Origin: a virus
Reading direction: 5' to 3' (one strand)
IMG/VR virus record: IMGVR_UViG_3300029953_000001
DNA length: 64,000 bases
Numbering within the stretch: the stretch's first letter is position 1; every line of letters starts with the position of its first letter. Positions 8,036-17,131 of this stretch are shown here, one piece after another. The notes below the pieces were generated by a model. That model did no database searches and was not told the DNA's origin. It saw nothing but the letters and a program-made list of their open reading frames with translations. A program made the translations under genes and the position numbers.

Positions 8036-8953
8036 TCAAACTGATGGTTGGTGATGCTTCGGGGGCTTTAGGGGTGAAGGTTCCGGCTTGTGGCGCTTCT
8101 TCCACTCATCGACCAGCTTCCGCATCATCTCCGGCTTGTTCATACAGTAGTAATACCGATAACTGAGTTTGTTGTTGATAGTGGGGTCATCCTGCCCTTC
8201 CCACCGCCTGTCCTTCCAGCTTACCTGCCGCTTCACGCCGTCACTACCAATCATGGGATGCCAGACATGCAGCACAGATGTCGGGAGCGTCTTGTGAGGC
8301 CAGTACAGCGTGTCCATAGCCCTCATAGCAGCGTGATCTTCGCCACCCCATCCTCTGAAGGACTCATCCCAACCACCTACAAGCTCAAAAGCTTCGCGAG
8401 GAACGATATGAATCATCGCTCCATAGTGGTGACCCGTGCGAGGGTTGGTATCATTGATAGTTAGGCTCAGGTCAGGGGGTTCCCCCAATGGGTACGGGTT
8501 GGCAGGGCTACTGGCAAGAAGCCGTTCGCTGGCTTCCTCATTTAGACGATAGAACTGACGGTAGGGCACAAACCACAGACGACGGTCTCGCTCACGAGCA
8601 TGACGAATCTCATTGACGCAGTGCATCACATGGTCAATGGCGATAAAACCATCGGCGTCCACGATAACAAGCACATCTCCGGTAGACCGGGACACCGCAT
8701 CATTGATAGCCACGGACTTGCTGAAGGCTCTATGCGTTTCAGGGTCGTCTCCGAGTATCACCTCTGCTCCGGGAAGTTGAACCTCCCAATATTGCTTGAG
8801 CCACAGGACATTCCGTAGCCGTTCTTTAGCCTTCTCTGATGGACGAAAGGGAATGATGATACTGACCCCTTCCCCCTTCTTCTCGCGGCGGAACAAACCT
8901 AAACCCAACATAATCAGCATCGCTCCTAGAATAGTCAATATTGTTATTGTCAT
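8036..8953 (-). CDS. Membrane-anchored family-2 glycosyltransferase (GT-A fold)
   Basis: N-terminal TM helix (TITILTILGAMLIMLGLGLF), then IIIPFRPSE...VLVIVDADGF (DxD) and conserved C-terminal GWDE..F.GWGGED motif typical of GT2. Confidence 0.75.
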   Translation of the reverse strand: MTITILTILGAMLIMLGLGLFRREKKGEGVSIIIPFRPSEKAKERLRNVLWLKQYWEVQLPGAEVILGDDPETHRAFSKSVAINDAVSRSTGDVLVIVDADGFIAIDHVMHCVNEIRHARERDRRLWFVPYRQFYRLNEEASERLLASSPANPYPLGEPPDLSLTINDTNPRTGHHYGAMIHIVPREAFELVGGWDESFRGWGGEDHAAMRAMDTLYWPHKTLPTSVLHVWHPMIGSDGVKRQVSWKDRRWEGQDDPTINNKLSYRYYYCMNKPEMMRKLVDEWKKRHKPEPSPLKPPKHHQPSV

Positions 8954-9741
8954 ACTTTCAATAGACCTCCCAGCGAACGGTAGGCGTCGTAAACGTTGTA
9001 CTTGATTTCCTCAACATTGGTGCGCGTCGGCTCCTGCATCTTGCCGATGATGAACTGTGTGTTGATACTAGCACTGTAATCCCGGAACTTGAAGTCTCCC
9101 CCATCCTTATCCATCTTAGGGGTGTACTCTACCCGGCGAGGGATACCGAACGCATCGGCCACAATCATACCGTGAAGCGATGATGTGACGATACGACGAC
9201 ATGCCCCTATATCCTTGAGGACAGTGAGGGGGTCTCCGCTTGGGTGAATAACACGGACAGTGTATTTTTCAGGTACAACGGCTTTGAACTTGGGTACGAG
9301 AATGGTGTCGCTGAAGTGGGGGATGATACCCAAGTCCCATCGCTTCACCTGAGGTCCAACCAACTCATCCGCTAGAATTCCGGGATCGCCCAGCGCGTAA
9401 CTACCCGGTATTCCCCTAGCTGTGAGGGGACCACGAAGGGACAGAATCTTAGCTGTGATGCCACTCGTCATTTGTTGAATATGTAACCGGGAGGTTTCGA
9501 GCAGCCGCCCTGAACCCAAAATCACACCGTCCCACAATGGCGGAATATGCTCCAAGATTGACCCGACTGACGCTATCTGAGCATGGGATATAGTCCCCCA
9601 CTCAACTTCCAAATCAGCAAAATGCTCTAAAAGGAGGGGTGCCAAACCATCACCGAAGTTTGGCACTTCCCTCCACCAGTATGCCATTGTCTGTTGCTTG
9701 AATCGCGTCCCCATTTTACTTCTCCCGTTTTTGGTCTTCAC
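8950..9741 (-). CDS. Polysaccharide pyruvyl transferase family protein (WcaK/CsaB-like)
   Basis: N-terminal NFGDGLAPLLL (N-x-GD motif) and C-terminal VTSSLHGMIVADAFGIPRRVEYTPK resembling pyruvyl transferase signature (R/S-LH-x-x-I-x-A-x-x-G-x-P...Y-x-x-K). Confidence 0.6.
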   Translation of the reverse strand: MKTKNGRSKMGTRFKQQTMAYWWREVPNFGDGLAPLLLEHFADLEVEWGTISHAQIASVGSILEHIPPLWDGVILGSGRLLETSRLHIQQMTSGITAKILSLRGPLTARGIPGSYALGDPGILADELVGPQVKRWDLGIIPHFSDTILVPKFKAVVPEKYTVRVIHPSGDPLTVLKDIGACRRIVTSSLHGMIVADAFGIPRRVEYTPKMDKDGGDFKFRDYSASINTQFIIGKMQEPTRTNVEEIKYNVYDAYRSLGGLLKV

Positions 9742-9790
9742 TAACGAGGGGAAAAGCTTTCCTACACGATGATTATTTGATTTAGCTTTT

Positions 9791-9937
9791 TCATAGGGTG
9801 TTACAGCAGGTTTTACAGTTAAATTGAAGACCGTCTTTACTACATCTATTCTTATGGAATTGGGACGTAGGAAAGGGTTCTTGACACTTAGCGCAAATCT
9901 TATAATCCAACGCCAGTGCTTTCCTCGGCGATGACAT
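9791..9937 (-). CDS. Small Cys-rich zinc-ribbon ORF (…YKICAKCQEPFPTSQFHKNRCSKDGLQFNCKTCCNTL) resembling the N-terminal zinc finger of phage HNH endonucleases; possible remnant
   Basis: C-x2-C ... F-H-K-N ... K-D-G-L-Q ... C-x2-C pattern; start taken at internal Met of ORF 9791..10024 which otherwise overlaps 9900..10427. Confidence 0.3.
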   Translation of the reverse strand: MSSPRKALALDYKICAKCQEPFPTSQFHKNRCSKDGLQFNCKTCCNTL

Positions 9938-10427
9938 CCACGACCTCTGCATCTTCAACGTCCGCTTCAAATACTTCATCCGCAACCGGCTCAGATAATT
10001 CCACAGTGGTAGGGTCTCCTCCATCAGCCGGAGCCACAGTAATCTGCGGCTGACGAGCGTTGACCTCCTCCTGAGTCAGAGCCTCGTAACTGAAGATGAA
10101 CTCAGTTGCCTGACTTGCATCCGTGACGCCTTCGGGGAGTTCCCACTTGATGCTGAGAACCTTGGTCTCGAATGCATCGAGAGCGGATTTGGGGAGCGTT
10201 ACTTTCCCACCCTGTGCTTCGATGATGGAAGCACACAGAACCGACAGACGCTTGTTCTGCCCAACGGCCTCACGCATCTGAGGGATGAGTTGACCGAGAG
10301 CAGTCTCGGGGTCGGTGCGAAGCTTCTCATTCTCGGCCTCAAGCATGAGGATGTAGTGCATGGCCTTCTTATGAGTCTTGTTGGCGGACGGGCGGATGTT
10401 CTTGCGTTTTGCGTTGGCTGATGACAT
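9900..10427 (-). CDS. Hypothetical acidic protein (175 aa), basic N-terminus then Glu/Asp-rich tail
   Basis: ORF with good coding periodicity; no motif. Confidence 0.5.
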   Translation of the reverse strand: MSSANAKRKNIRPSANKTHKKAMHYILMLEAENEKLRTDPETALGQLIPQMREAVGQNKRLSVLCASIIEAQGGKVTLPKSALDAFETKVLSIKWELPEGVTDASQATEFIFSYEALTQEEVNARQPQITVAPADGGDPTTVELSEPVADEVFEADVEDAEVVDVIAEESTGVGL

Positions 10428-10468
10428 ACTTCCTCTTTCCTTTGGCCGGAGCCCTATTTGCGACCTTC

Positions 10469-10984
10469 TTAGCGGTCTTCTTCACTGGTTTTTGACATTG
10501 CCTCTACCCACCGAGATGTAACTAAGAAGTCACTAACGGCTTGCACAAGAGCGGGGTACACAGTCGAGTTGCCCACCAACCCAACGAGCTTGGTGAGTTC
10601 CCCCATGGCCTTGACAGCCGCGACAGCCTCGTCGCCCATGTAGGTGTAGTCTTCAGGACCACAGTCAAACTGAGCCGAACCCCACATCTCGGCGAAGGCT
10701 TCCTCGGCGAGGTTGTCTACTTTATAGTCGGGGTTCTTCTTCATCATGCGGGTCTGGGGGTCAACGATGTATGCTTCCGTGGAAGGGTTGTCCGCCTTCG
10801 GGGCAGCATCGGAGGAGAGGATGGTGGTGTCGAAGATAGGGCTCCAACCGGACTGAAGACCAACACCACTCAGCAGGTCTTCATAGTATAGGTCGTCAAT
10901 TTTGCGGTACTCTCCACTTGTAGTCTTGAAGATAGCGTTCATGGGAATCTGAGCAAATTTAGTAGGCATTATGGTCTCCATCAA
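10469..10984 (-). CDS. Hypothetical protein (171 aa)
   Basis: ORF; no motif. Confidence 0.5.
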   Translation of the reverse strand: MMETIMPTKFAQIPMNAIFKTTSGEYRKIDDLYYEDLLSGVGLQSGWSPIFDTTILSSDAAPKADNPSTEAYIVDPQTRMMKKNPDYKVDNLAEEAFAEMWGSAQFDCGPEDYTYMGDEAVAAVKAMGELTKLVGLVGNSTVYPALVQAVSDFLVTSRWVEAMSKTSEEDR

Positions 10985-11005
10985 GCTAATACTGGTTTTA
11001 CAAAA

Positions 11006-11191
11006 TTAGTGACCTATGTATCTGTCGGTTACATCCATCTCCTCGAAACGGCGGGTGATGCGCTGGCTCTTACTCGGGACGTTGAATTGTTCTCCAACAA
11101 ATGCCATCGCCGCTATCCGAGTATCCACCACGCCAACTAACTCCTCATCTTCTGAATAACCAAAATTGTCGAACAAACAATAGACCGTCAA
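11006..11191 (-). CDS. Small hypothetical protein (61 aa)
   Basis: Short ORF packed between neighbours; stop adjacent to next start. Confidence 0.35.
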   Translation of the reverse strand: MTVYCLFDNFGYSEDEELVGVVDTRIAAMAFVGEQFNVPSKSQRITRRFEEMDVTDRYIGH

Positions 11192-12286
11192 TTATTTCTC
11201 CAAGGTAATGATGCGGTTAGTGAGATCCAGTTCCTTAATGCACTTGATGACAGCATCCTTGCTCAACTGGGAGCAGACAAGGATAGGGACATTCTTTGGT
11301 GGGAAAAACTGATCGGGAGGGTAAACTATTGCATCCTCAAAGTTGTTCCAATGGTAGACCGGGTTGGAATCAGTAGCCCACAGGATTTCCACTCCTGCCG
11401 GGATGATGCCAGCAGGAACCAGCAGCCGAGTAGTCTGCCCCATCCCCCAGATGGCGAGGGCGCTGACTCCCTTTAACTCAGCGTGAAGGTGTTCCTTCAT
11501 GGTGGCAATCTGGGTGTTCAGTTTGAGGGCGTAGGCGGAGATGGCTTCACACACGTTAGAGGCGTGAGGATGAGCCAGAACCCAGATGACCGGGTAAAGT
11601 TGATTGCCTTCAGCGGTGGACTCATAGGAACTCTTGTCGTACACTTCCATGCCGACACACGCTCTGACCAAGTGGCTCAGGTCGAAGTGGTTGATGTGTT
11701 CAGCGTTGAACCCTTGACAGATGGAGTTGAAGTAGCTCACGTACTTCAAGGCGTTGGGGACTTCGATGTAGATGGAGCCGTGGGGCTTCACCCAACGCTT
11801 CAAATTGTGGAGAAAACCCTGCACGTCGGGGACATGTTCCAGCACGTGGGAAACGGTAATGAGGTCATACGTATTCGGGAGCCATGCTTCCACACCGCAG
11901 CACCGAGCCTTCAACCCTTTGGCTGTGCAGCAATCGACTTCGGCCTGAGAGAGGCTGATACCTTCCACGTTGGTAAATCCGGCTGCGATGAACGCCTCCA
12001 TAAGCCCACCAGTCGCACACCCCACGTCCAGTACCGACGTGTTTACGGTAGCTCCGGCTCTCATAGTGTTGGCTACGATGGCACGGTAGTGAGCCTTCTG
12101 GGCATTGTAGGTGCCGGAAGCATAGATGGATTCCTTGCCATAGTCGATTACAGGGGTGTGGGTGGCGTACACCATCTGGCACTTCTCACAGCTAACAATC
12201 TGCTGGCCGGTGGGAGTGGTGTACAGCAATTCATTCAAGGAGTAATCGCAGCAGGGACAATGTCGTTCAGGCTTACTTGGGTTCAT
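11192..12286 (-). CDS. SAM-dependent methyltransferase with N-terminal zinc-ribbon and C-terminal C-methyltransferase-like domain (NDP-sugar C-methyltransferase architecture, TylC3-like)
   Basis: CPCCDYS...SCEKCQ zinc ribbon; SAM motif I VLDVGCATGG; acidic D after beta2; ~120-aa C-terminal extra domain as in sugar C-methyltransferases. Confidence 0.7.
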   Translation of the reverse strand: MNPSKPERHCPCCDYSLNELLYTTPTGQQIVSCEKCQMVYATHTPVIDYGKESIYASGTYNAQKAHYRAIVANTMRAGATVNTSVLDVGCATGGLMEAFIAAGFTNVEGISLSQAEVDCCTAKGLKARCCGVEAWLPNTYDLITVSHVLEHVPDVQGFLHNLKRWVKPHGSIYIEVPNALKYVSYFNSICQGFNAEHINHFDLSHLVRACVGMEVYDKSSYESTAEGNQLYPVIWVLAHPHASNVCEAISAYALKLNTQIATMKEHLHAELKGVSALAIWGMGQTTRLLVPAGIIPAGVEILWATDSNPVYHWNNFEDAIVYPPDQFFPPKNVPILVCSQLSKDAVIKCIKELDLTNRIITLEK

Positions 12287-12827
12287 ACTTATCCTTCAGT
12301 ACCTTCATCCGGTATGCTTCCTGAGCCAGACCTAGATGTTCGAGGATGGGCATCACGTAATCGTTCGACCGCTCAAGGCGGATGGCATGGGGCGGGAGTA
12401 CGGCTTCAATCTTGGGGGCGAAGGAGTCCGACGCTTCTCTGTCCTGCTGCACCCTGCCGGTGCCGTGGAACTTGAAGTCGTCGTTGCGGGGAAGGTAGAA
12501 GACGATGTTGTCGTACTCGTTGAAGTAGGCGTGGACTACATCCACCAGTTCAGGCTTGGGGTCGGTCGCGTAGACGATGCCGAGAAGAAGGGACGTGTCA
12601 GTGACCGCGTAGTCGATGTTCTCCAGACGGGATAGCTTGCGGTTCTGCTTTGCCAGAATGTAAAGCTGGTCGGCAAGGATGTTTCCTCTGTGCTCATACA
12701 CCATATCCTTTGCATACTCGCTGGCGTACTCCACGCTCAAACCCATACGCTTCATGTAGTACAGGAGCCCGTAGACGGTGGTGGATTTGCCGGTGTTCGA
12801 TGCTCCGATGAGATTGATGACCTTCAT
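12273..12827 (-). CDS. P-loop kinase-like protein (T4 gp1 dNMP kinase / AAA_28-like)
   Basis: Walker A at extreme N-terminus MKVINLIGASNTGKST, comparable with T4 dNMP kinase MKLIFLSGVKRSGKDT; size 184 aa. Confidence 0.6.
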   Translation of the reverse strand: MKVINLIGASNTGKSTTVYGLLYYMKRMGLSVEYASEYAKDMVYEHRGNILADQLYILAKQNRKLSRLENIDYAVTDTSLLLGIVYATDPKPELVDVVHAYFNEYDNIVFYLPRNDDFKFHGTGRVQQDREASDSFAPKIEAVLPPHAIRLERSNDYVMPILEHLGLAQEAYRMKVLKDKYEPK

Positions 12828-13084
12828 TTTTTGCCCTCGGCCACATTACCCGGCCAGAGTTTGTGTTTGTTTCCACGGGCATGGTCAGCAGGGCAAGGCA
12901 ACTCCACCCCTTCTGGTTCCCAGCCAGTGAAAGCGATACCCCAAGCAGCGCGGAGAGCTTGCCAGTCCTTCTGCTTGTCGCAGTGTTCACACTCACCGGG
13001 AGCGTGAAGGATTCTCTGGTCACAGTGGGGGAATTGCTCGATGGAGTCGAGGATATTGATTTCGGTTTTGATTTTCTTGAACAT
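12824..13084 (-). CDS. Small Cys/His-rich protein (86 aa)
   Basis: ORF with HCDQ...ECEHCDKQ metal-binding-like pairs. Confidence 0.45.
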   Translation of the reverse strand: MFKKIKTEINILDSIEQFPHCDQRILHAPGECEHCDKQKDWQALRAAWGIAFTGWEPEGVELPCPADHARGNKHKLWPGNVAEGKK

Positions 13085-13272
13085 TAGCTCTCCAGACTAC
13101 ATACAACGTAACTTACCCTTGGTTCCATCATGTCAGTAAGATGGTTGCTGCAAACTACAAACTCCTCATAGTCGCTATCATCCTCGGCCTGATTGTTGAA
13201 CCGCCACTCAGCCGCTTCATTACACGGAAGGCCCAGACAAGTGCCATCGTCTTTAACATAGTCACACTTCAT
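13084..13272 (-). CDS. Small acidic hypothetical protein (62 aa)
   Basis: Short ORF, start/stop coupling with neighbours. Confidence 0.4.
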   Translation of the reverse strand: MKCDYVKDDGTCLGLPCNEAAEWRFNNQAEDDSDYEEFVVCSNHLTDMMEPRVSYVVCSLES

Positions 13273-13502
13273 AGTGAAGCTCCGAACCCTATGACCGCAG
13301 CTTCAATCTTGCGAAGACGTTCAATCTCGTCTCGAATGGAACAACCAAGGTTCCGGCTAAAGGTAATGGCGTCTTCCTCATCGGCGTTGACCCACGAGAT
13401 GAAGGCATCAAGAAGTAACCGACCCCTCTCCCTCTCCTGTACTGCGTATGGTGCTGTCCCCGTCGTCAGTGTCGGTGGTTGTAGCTTGTATGGTGTCATC
13501 AT
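13269..13502 (-). CDS. Small hypothetical protein (77 aa); 5' end overlaps 3' end of helicase gene by ~95 nt
   Basis: ORF only; overlap makes it uncertain. Confidence 0.3.
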   Translation of the reverse strand: MMTPYKLQPPTLTTGTAPYAVQERERGRLLLDAFISWVNADEEDAITFSRNLGCSIRDEIERLRKIEAAVIGFGASL

Positions 13503-15195
13503 GCTTAGGTATCTCGATTCCGTGGTCTGTTAGGAACTTGGTTGCCATCTTTTTGATGTAGTCGTCATCCGTTTGAAGCTCTTCTACTATAGTTTGGTGA
13601 GGGTTTATAATCCCTTCTAACTGTTGTTTCTTAATACCCAACCGATCTGACATCACTGGGTCAGAACCGTGCTCTGAGAGAAGATAGTAGGCAGTCACAG
13701 GGTCGTCTTGACCGTCACGATGTACACGACCTATGAATTGCTTTAGGGCTGACGGTGACCAATCCAACTCAGCAAATACAACTAGGTGACAAATATCTTG
13801 AAGTCCATCCATTCCGGCACCTGAACGAAGGGACAGAAGCATCACCTTAGACTCTCCACTGATGAATTTCTGCTTGGAAACTTCCTTTTGAACGGAGGAC
13901 TCTGACCCCGAGAACATAACAGGGTTCAAGTCTTTCAACTCTTCCATGAGGACAGAATAAACCTCCCTATGCCATAACCCAACGAGCACAGGCTCCCCCG
14001 AGGTTTCTATCAACATTCGAATGAACTCAGCGGCGTAAGGGCTCTTCGCCACCCCTGTATACTGACGCAACTTAAGGTCAAACTGACCCGCAGCTTGCAT
14101 CTTCTGCCCCTTGAAATCCTGTCCTCCCTGTTTCAGGATTAGTTTAGCCAGTTCAACCGCTTGACCCTTCATCGAGTCAAGCACCTTTAGATCAGCTTCG
14201 ATAAAGTGGGGAACTGAGGTGACCTCAGGAAGCTCTCGCTTCACATCTTTACGAGTGCGACGTAGCATAAGACCGGTGGCGGCGGCGTAACTGCCAAACG
14301 CCGAGGGGTCTTTGATCCTTGGCTTTTGATCCTGATAGGTACACCACTCCCGTTCAAATTCGGCCCAAGTACCCAAGGCACCGGGGCTAAGGATGTCGAT
14401 GACGTTGTAGATTTCTCCGCCGAAGTTAAAAATGGGGGTTGCTGAGAGACCCAACCTATACTCTACATTTTCTGAAATGTGTCTGGCCGCTTTGTACTTC
14501 TGAGAGTCTCGATGACGTAATTCGTGGCACTCATCAACCACTAACCCTTTTAATACAGGGGCCAGCGTCTCGGCCCATCCTGCCAGTTTGTGATAGTTGG
14601 TGATGAACACATCTGGCAATTTACCGTTGGTGTACTTTAGGATGTCGTACGGAGTACCCTTCTTCAGGATGTGGGTGGTCAGGTCGGAGAACTTGTGAAT
14701 CTCAGCCTCCCATTGCTTGGGGAGATGAGATAAGGTGACTACAAGAGCCGGACGGGTGCGAGGGTCGGTGAGCCCCGCGATTGATATTAGGGTTTTTCCT
14801 AAACCAACGTCGTCAGCCAACAGCAGACCATTATTCGCTAACCAGAGCGAAGTTCCAGTCACCTGATAGGGTCTAGGTGGGAGTTTTAGAGTGAAGGTAG
14901 ACAGGAGTTCCTGACCTGAAAGTAGCCGGTCTACCAATGCTACTTTTTCCTTGTACTTACCAGCCTCCCCCAGCATCCTTACTTCAGCTTCGGGGGATAG
15001 TAGGAGTGGGTGGCGTTCGATAAACCACTGTAGGTCTAGGCAGTTTTCGGGTGTGGCTGAAAGTGACTGGGTGCCATACTGCCACGTGTCTATCTTCGCG
15101 AACACCCGCTTGAGGCGGATGGCGATGTGTGGTTCACAGGTGATATCAAACCTGTTCTTCTTCTTGTTATAAGTTACCGAACCATATATTTTCAA
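13408..15195 (-). CDS. SNF2-family (superfamily 2) helicase / DNA-dependent ATPase
   Basis: Motif I LADDVGLGKT, motif II VVDECHELR (DEXH), motif III LSATP, motif VI QFIGRVHRDGQ. Confidence 0.9.
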   Translation of the reverse strand: MKIYGSVTYNKKKNRFDITCEPHIAIRLKRVFAKIDTWQYGTQSLSATPENCLDLQWFIERHPLLLSPEAEVRMLGEAGKYKEKVALVDRLLSGQELLSTFTLKLPPRPYQVTGTSLWLANNGLLLADDVGLGKTLISIAGLTDPRTRPALVVTLSHLPKQWEAEIHKFSDLTTHILKKGTPYDILKYTNGKLPDVFITNYHKLAGWAETLAPVLKGLVVDECHELRHRDSQKYKAARHISENVEYRLGLSATPIFNFGGEIYNVIDILSPGALGTWAEFEREWCTYQDQKPRIKDPSAFGSYAAATGLMLRRTRKDVKRELPEVTSVPHFIEADLKVLDSMKGQAVELAKLILKQGGQDFKGQKMQAAGQFDLKLRQYTGVAKSPYAAEFIRMLIETSGEPVLVGLWHREVYSVLMEELKDLNPVMFSGSESSVQKEVSKQKFISGESKVMLLSLRSGAGMDGLQDICHLVVFAELDWSPSALKQFIGRVHRDGQDDPVTAYYLLSEHGSDPVMSDRLGIKKQQLEGIINPHQTIVEELQTDDDYIKKMATKFLTDHGIEIPKHDDTIQATTTDTDDGDSTIRSTGEGEGSVTS

Positions 15196-15221
15196 GTTAG
15201 CTACCTTGCTTTTCTAAGCAC

Positions 15222-15491
15222 TCACGAATTCGGTACTTTAGTGCAGGGACACATGGGGTTCACACACGGAATCTCTTCCGGCTTATCCCGCATCTTCCGG
15301 TTGTATTCTGCCTTCTCCTTCGCATGGTTGCGTAGCCTCTGGATGGGTTCGGCAAGGGCTTGAACGAAGCTACCCCACTGCGACACTGACTCCAAGCAGG
15401 GGTCGCCGTCAGTCTCCCGGATGAACTTGAGTGCCTTGGTCGCCAGTGTGTCGGCAAACTCGAATATGTCAACGTCAATCTTTAGACCCAT
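15222..15491 (-). CDS. Small hypothetical protein (89 aa)
   Basis: ORF between helicase and NADAR genes. Confidence 0.4.
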   Translation of the reverse strand: MGLKIDVDIFEFADTLATKALKFIRETDGDPCLESVSQWGSFVQALAEPIQRLRNHAKEKAEYNRKMRDKPEEIPCVNPMCPCTKVPNS

Positions 15492-16102
15492 GCTGGCAAC
15501 TCGCTCCTCGTCTTGCTACAGGTTTTGCACTTGTGGGCGTTCTGCCGACAATCGGCATCACACTGCTGTGCGTCATCATTGCCGGGAGCGATGAATTCGT
15601 GGATGTGGAAGTCCGGGCTCTTTACTTCTTCACGGACTATCATCCAAAGCTTGCCCAGCATGTTGTGGCCGTTGCCGTCCTCTCCCCAGCCCCAAAATGA
15701 ATCCCGATAGGAGTCTTCAATCAACTCACGGGTACCGGTTTCCATGAGCTTACGACGCACGTACTCATGCTGATACGCCTTAGCCCTGAGCAAGTCCTGC
15801 ATGATGCCAGTCCTTACATCTTCCCAATCGGGACGACGGTACTCTGTGTACTGAGCGGCAGTCTTGAAGGCTTCGTGAGCAGAGGGAGCCTTGATGATGC
15901 TCTGTTGAATGCCGAACACGGTCAGTCTATCCAGAGCCCCCTCGGGTCTGTAGTTGAACTTCTCCCAGTGGTACGCTGCTTCAGACGTGTCGAAGCGGAT
16001 ACCCTTCCACTGAAGGGTGAAGGACGAGAAGTTGGACAGGACGTAGAAGTCCTGCTCGTAGAAGAATACCTGCTGGTCGGTGTCGAGTTTATGGTTCGCC
16101 AT
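15482..16102 (-). CDS. NADAR (YbiA-like, DUF1768) domain protein
   Basis: FFYEQDFYVLSNFSSF...TSEAAYHWEKF and DSFWGWGEDGNGHNMLGKLWM match E. coli YbiA blocks (FYS..fSNF..., tsEHYFQAqKF, dayWGdGghGkGkNrLG.lLM) from memory. Confidence 0.85.
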   Translation of the reverse strand: MANHKLDTDQQVFFYEQDFYVLSNFSSFTLQWKGIRFDTSEAAYHWEKFNYRPEGALDRLTVFGIQQSIIKAPSAHEAFKTAAQYTEYRRPDWEDVRTGIMQDLLRAKAYQHEYVRRKLMETGTRELIEDSYRDSFWGWGEDGNGHNMLGKLWMIVREEVKSPDFHIHEFIAPGNDDAQQCDADCRQNAHKCKTCSKTRSELPAWV

Positions 16103-16108
16103 ACTAAC

Positions 16109-16546
16109 CTAATACCCCGGAACGGGGGAAGGTCGGCCCAGATAGCTAAACTTTGCCTCCCCGGAGCGTTCATCCACATGGTCTAATTCGGCTAAGAAAG
16201 CCAGCACATCCCCATGGCACAGATACTTCGGCTTACACCAGCAGCCCAAGGTCTTCCCGCGTAACTCTGGGAGACGGACAACTAAGTTGGGCATGGATAG
16301 GACGTACCTACGGTACTTCTCAAGCACGACCTTGCGGTTGCCGTCGTAGCCAAGGCGGAAGGGATTGTGCCAGTCGGACTGGGAGAACTCCAAGAACGAC
16401 CGGCCAATGTAGATGTCAAACTGAGGGCTCTTCCTTACATGCACAACTGTTGTCAATTCGTTGTCCTCTAAATGAAAAATCTTCCATGCTATCCGCCGTA
16501 CATAGGGTTCTAATACTGGTGATTTTTGATTTTTGACAGTTGGCAC
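16109..16546 (-). CDS. DUF4326 domain protein
   Basis: FDIYIGR...W.NPFRLG...YRRYV...LPELRGKTLGCWCKPKYLCHGDVLAFLAEL matches DUF4326 consensus (YIGRGS.WGNPF...LRGK.LGCWC.P..CHGDVL). Confidence 0.75.
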   Translation of the reverse strand: MPTVKNQKSPVLEPYVRRIAWKIFHLEDNELTTVVHVRKSPQFDIYIGRSFLEFSQSDWHNPFRLGYDGNRKVVLEKYRRYVLSMPNLVVRLPELRGKTLGCWCKPKYLCHGDVLAFLAELDHVDERSGEAKFSYLGRPSPVPGY

Positions 16547-16566
16547 TTTATACTATCGTATATCAA

Positions 16567-16740
16567 CTATTTACCCATTCCTCCGAGCAAAAGCACAACC
16601 ATGGTAGCCGCGATGAGACCGCTGACGATGGCTGGGTGGCAGTTAGGGCAGATGGCACACACACCGAGGTTCAGCACCGTGGCGAGGAAGAACGCGACGG
16701 CGAAGACCATGACGGTGATGGCAAACTTACGTAGGCGCAT
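16567..16740 (-). CDS. Small two-TM membrane protein (57 aa, MRLRKFAITVMVFAVAFFLATVLNLGVCAICPNCHPAIVSGLIAATMVVLLLGGMGK), not in ORF track
   Basis: Read from minus strand; hydrophobic segments flank a CxxC pair. Confidence 0.35.
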   Translation of the reverse strand: MRLRKFAITVMVFAVAFFLATVLNLGVCAICPNCHPAIVSGLIAATMVVLLLGGMGK

Positions 16741-16762
16741 AGCGGCCTCATTCTAAACTTTC

Positions 16763-17131
16763 TTAGAGGAAGCTCAGCAAGAGATGGACTATGTATAGCG
16801 GTTTGTTATTCAGTGTTTCTGGTAGATTCTTGTGCTTGCTCATGGTCGTGAGAAGGACGAGTTCCTTGACCTTATCGGACTGAGCGTACCGCATGAGTTG
16901 ACGGGTGACGGCGGCGAGGCTGGTACCCCCGCTGGAGTCGTCTGCTTTGCATTCTATACCGAGCGTCCCGGCAAGGAAGTCGATGCGGTCGCGGGGAGTC
17001 AAGCTGACCTCTGGTTCGAACTCCAATCCGAGGCCAGTGAGAACGAGGTTGACGCCCTGCTGCAAGTCCTTCTCGTTTTTGTACCGATACCGACAAGAAT
17101 AGAGAGCTTCACATATTTCCCGTGGGTTCAC
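16763..17131 (-). CDS. Hypothetical protein with PD-(D/E)xK-like motif (…PRDRIDFLAG…LGIECK…)
   Basis: D...(I/L)-E-C-K spacing compatible with restriction-endonuclease-like fold; weak. Confidence 0.4.
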   Translation of the reverse strand: MNPREICEALYSCRYRYKNEKDLQQGVNLVLTGLGLEFEPEVSLTPRDRIDFLAGTLGIECKADDSSGGTSLAAVTRQLMRYAQSDKVKELVLLTTMSKHKNLPETLNNKPLYIVHLLLSFL

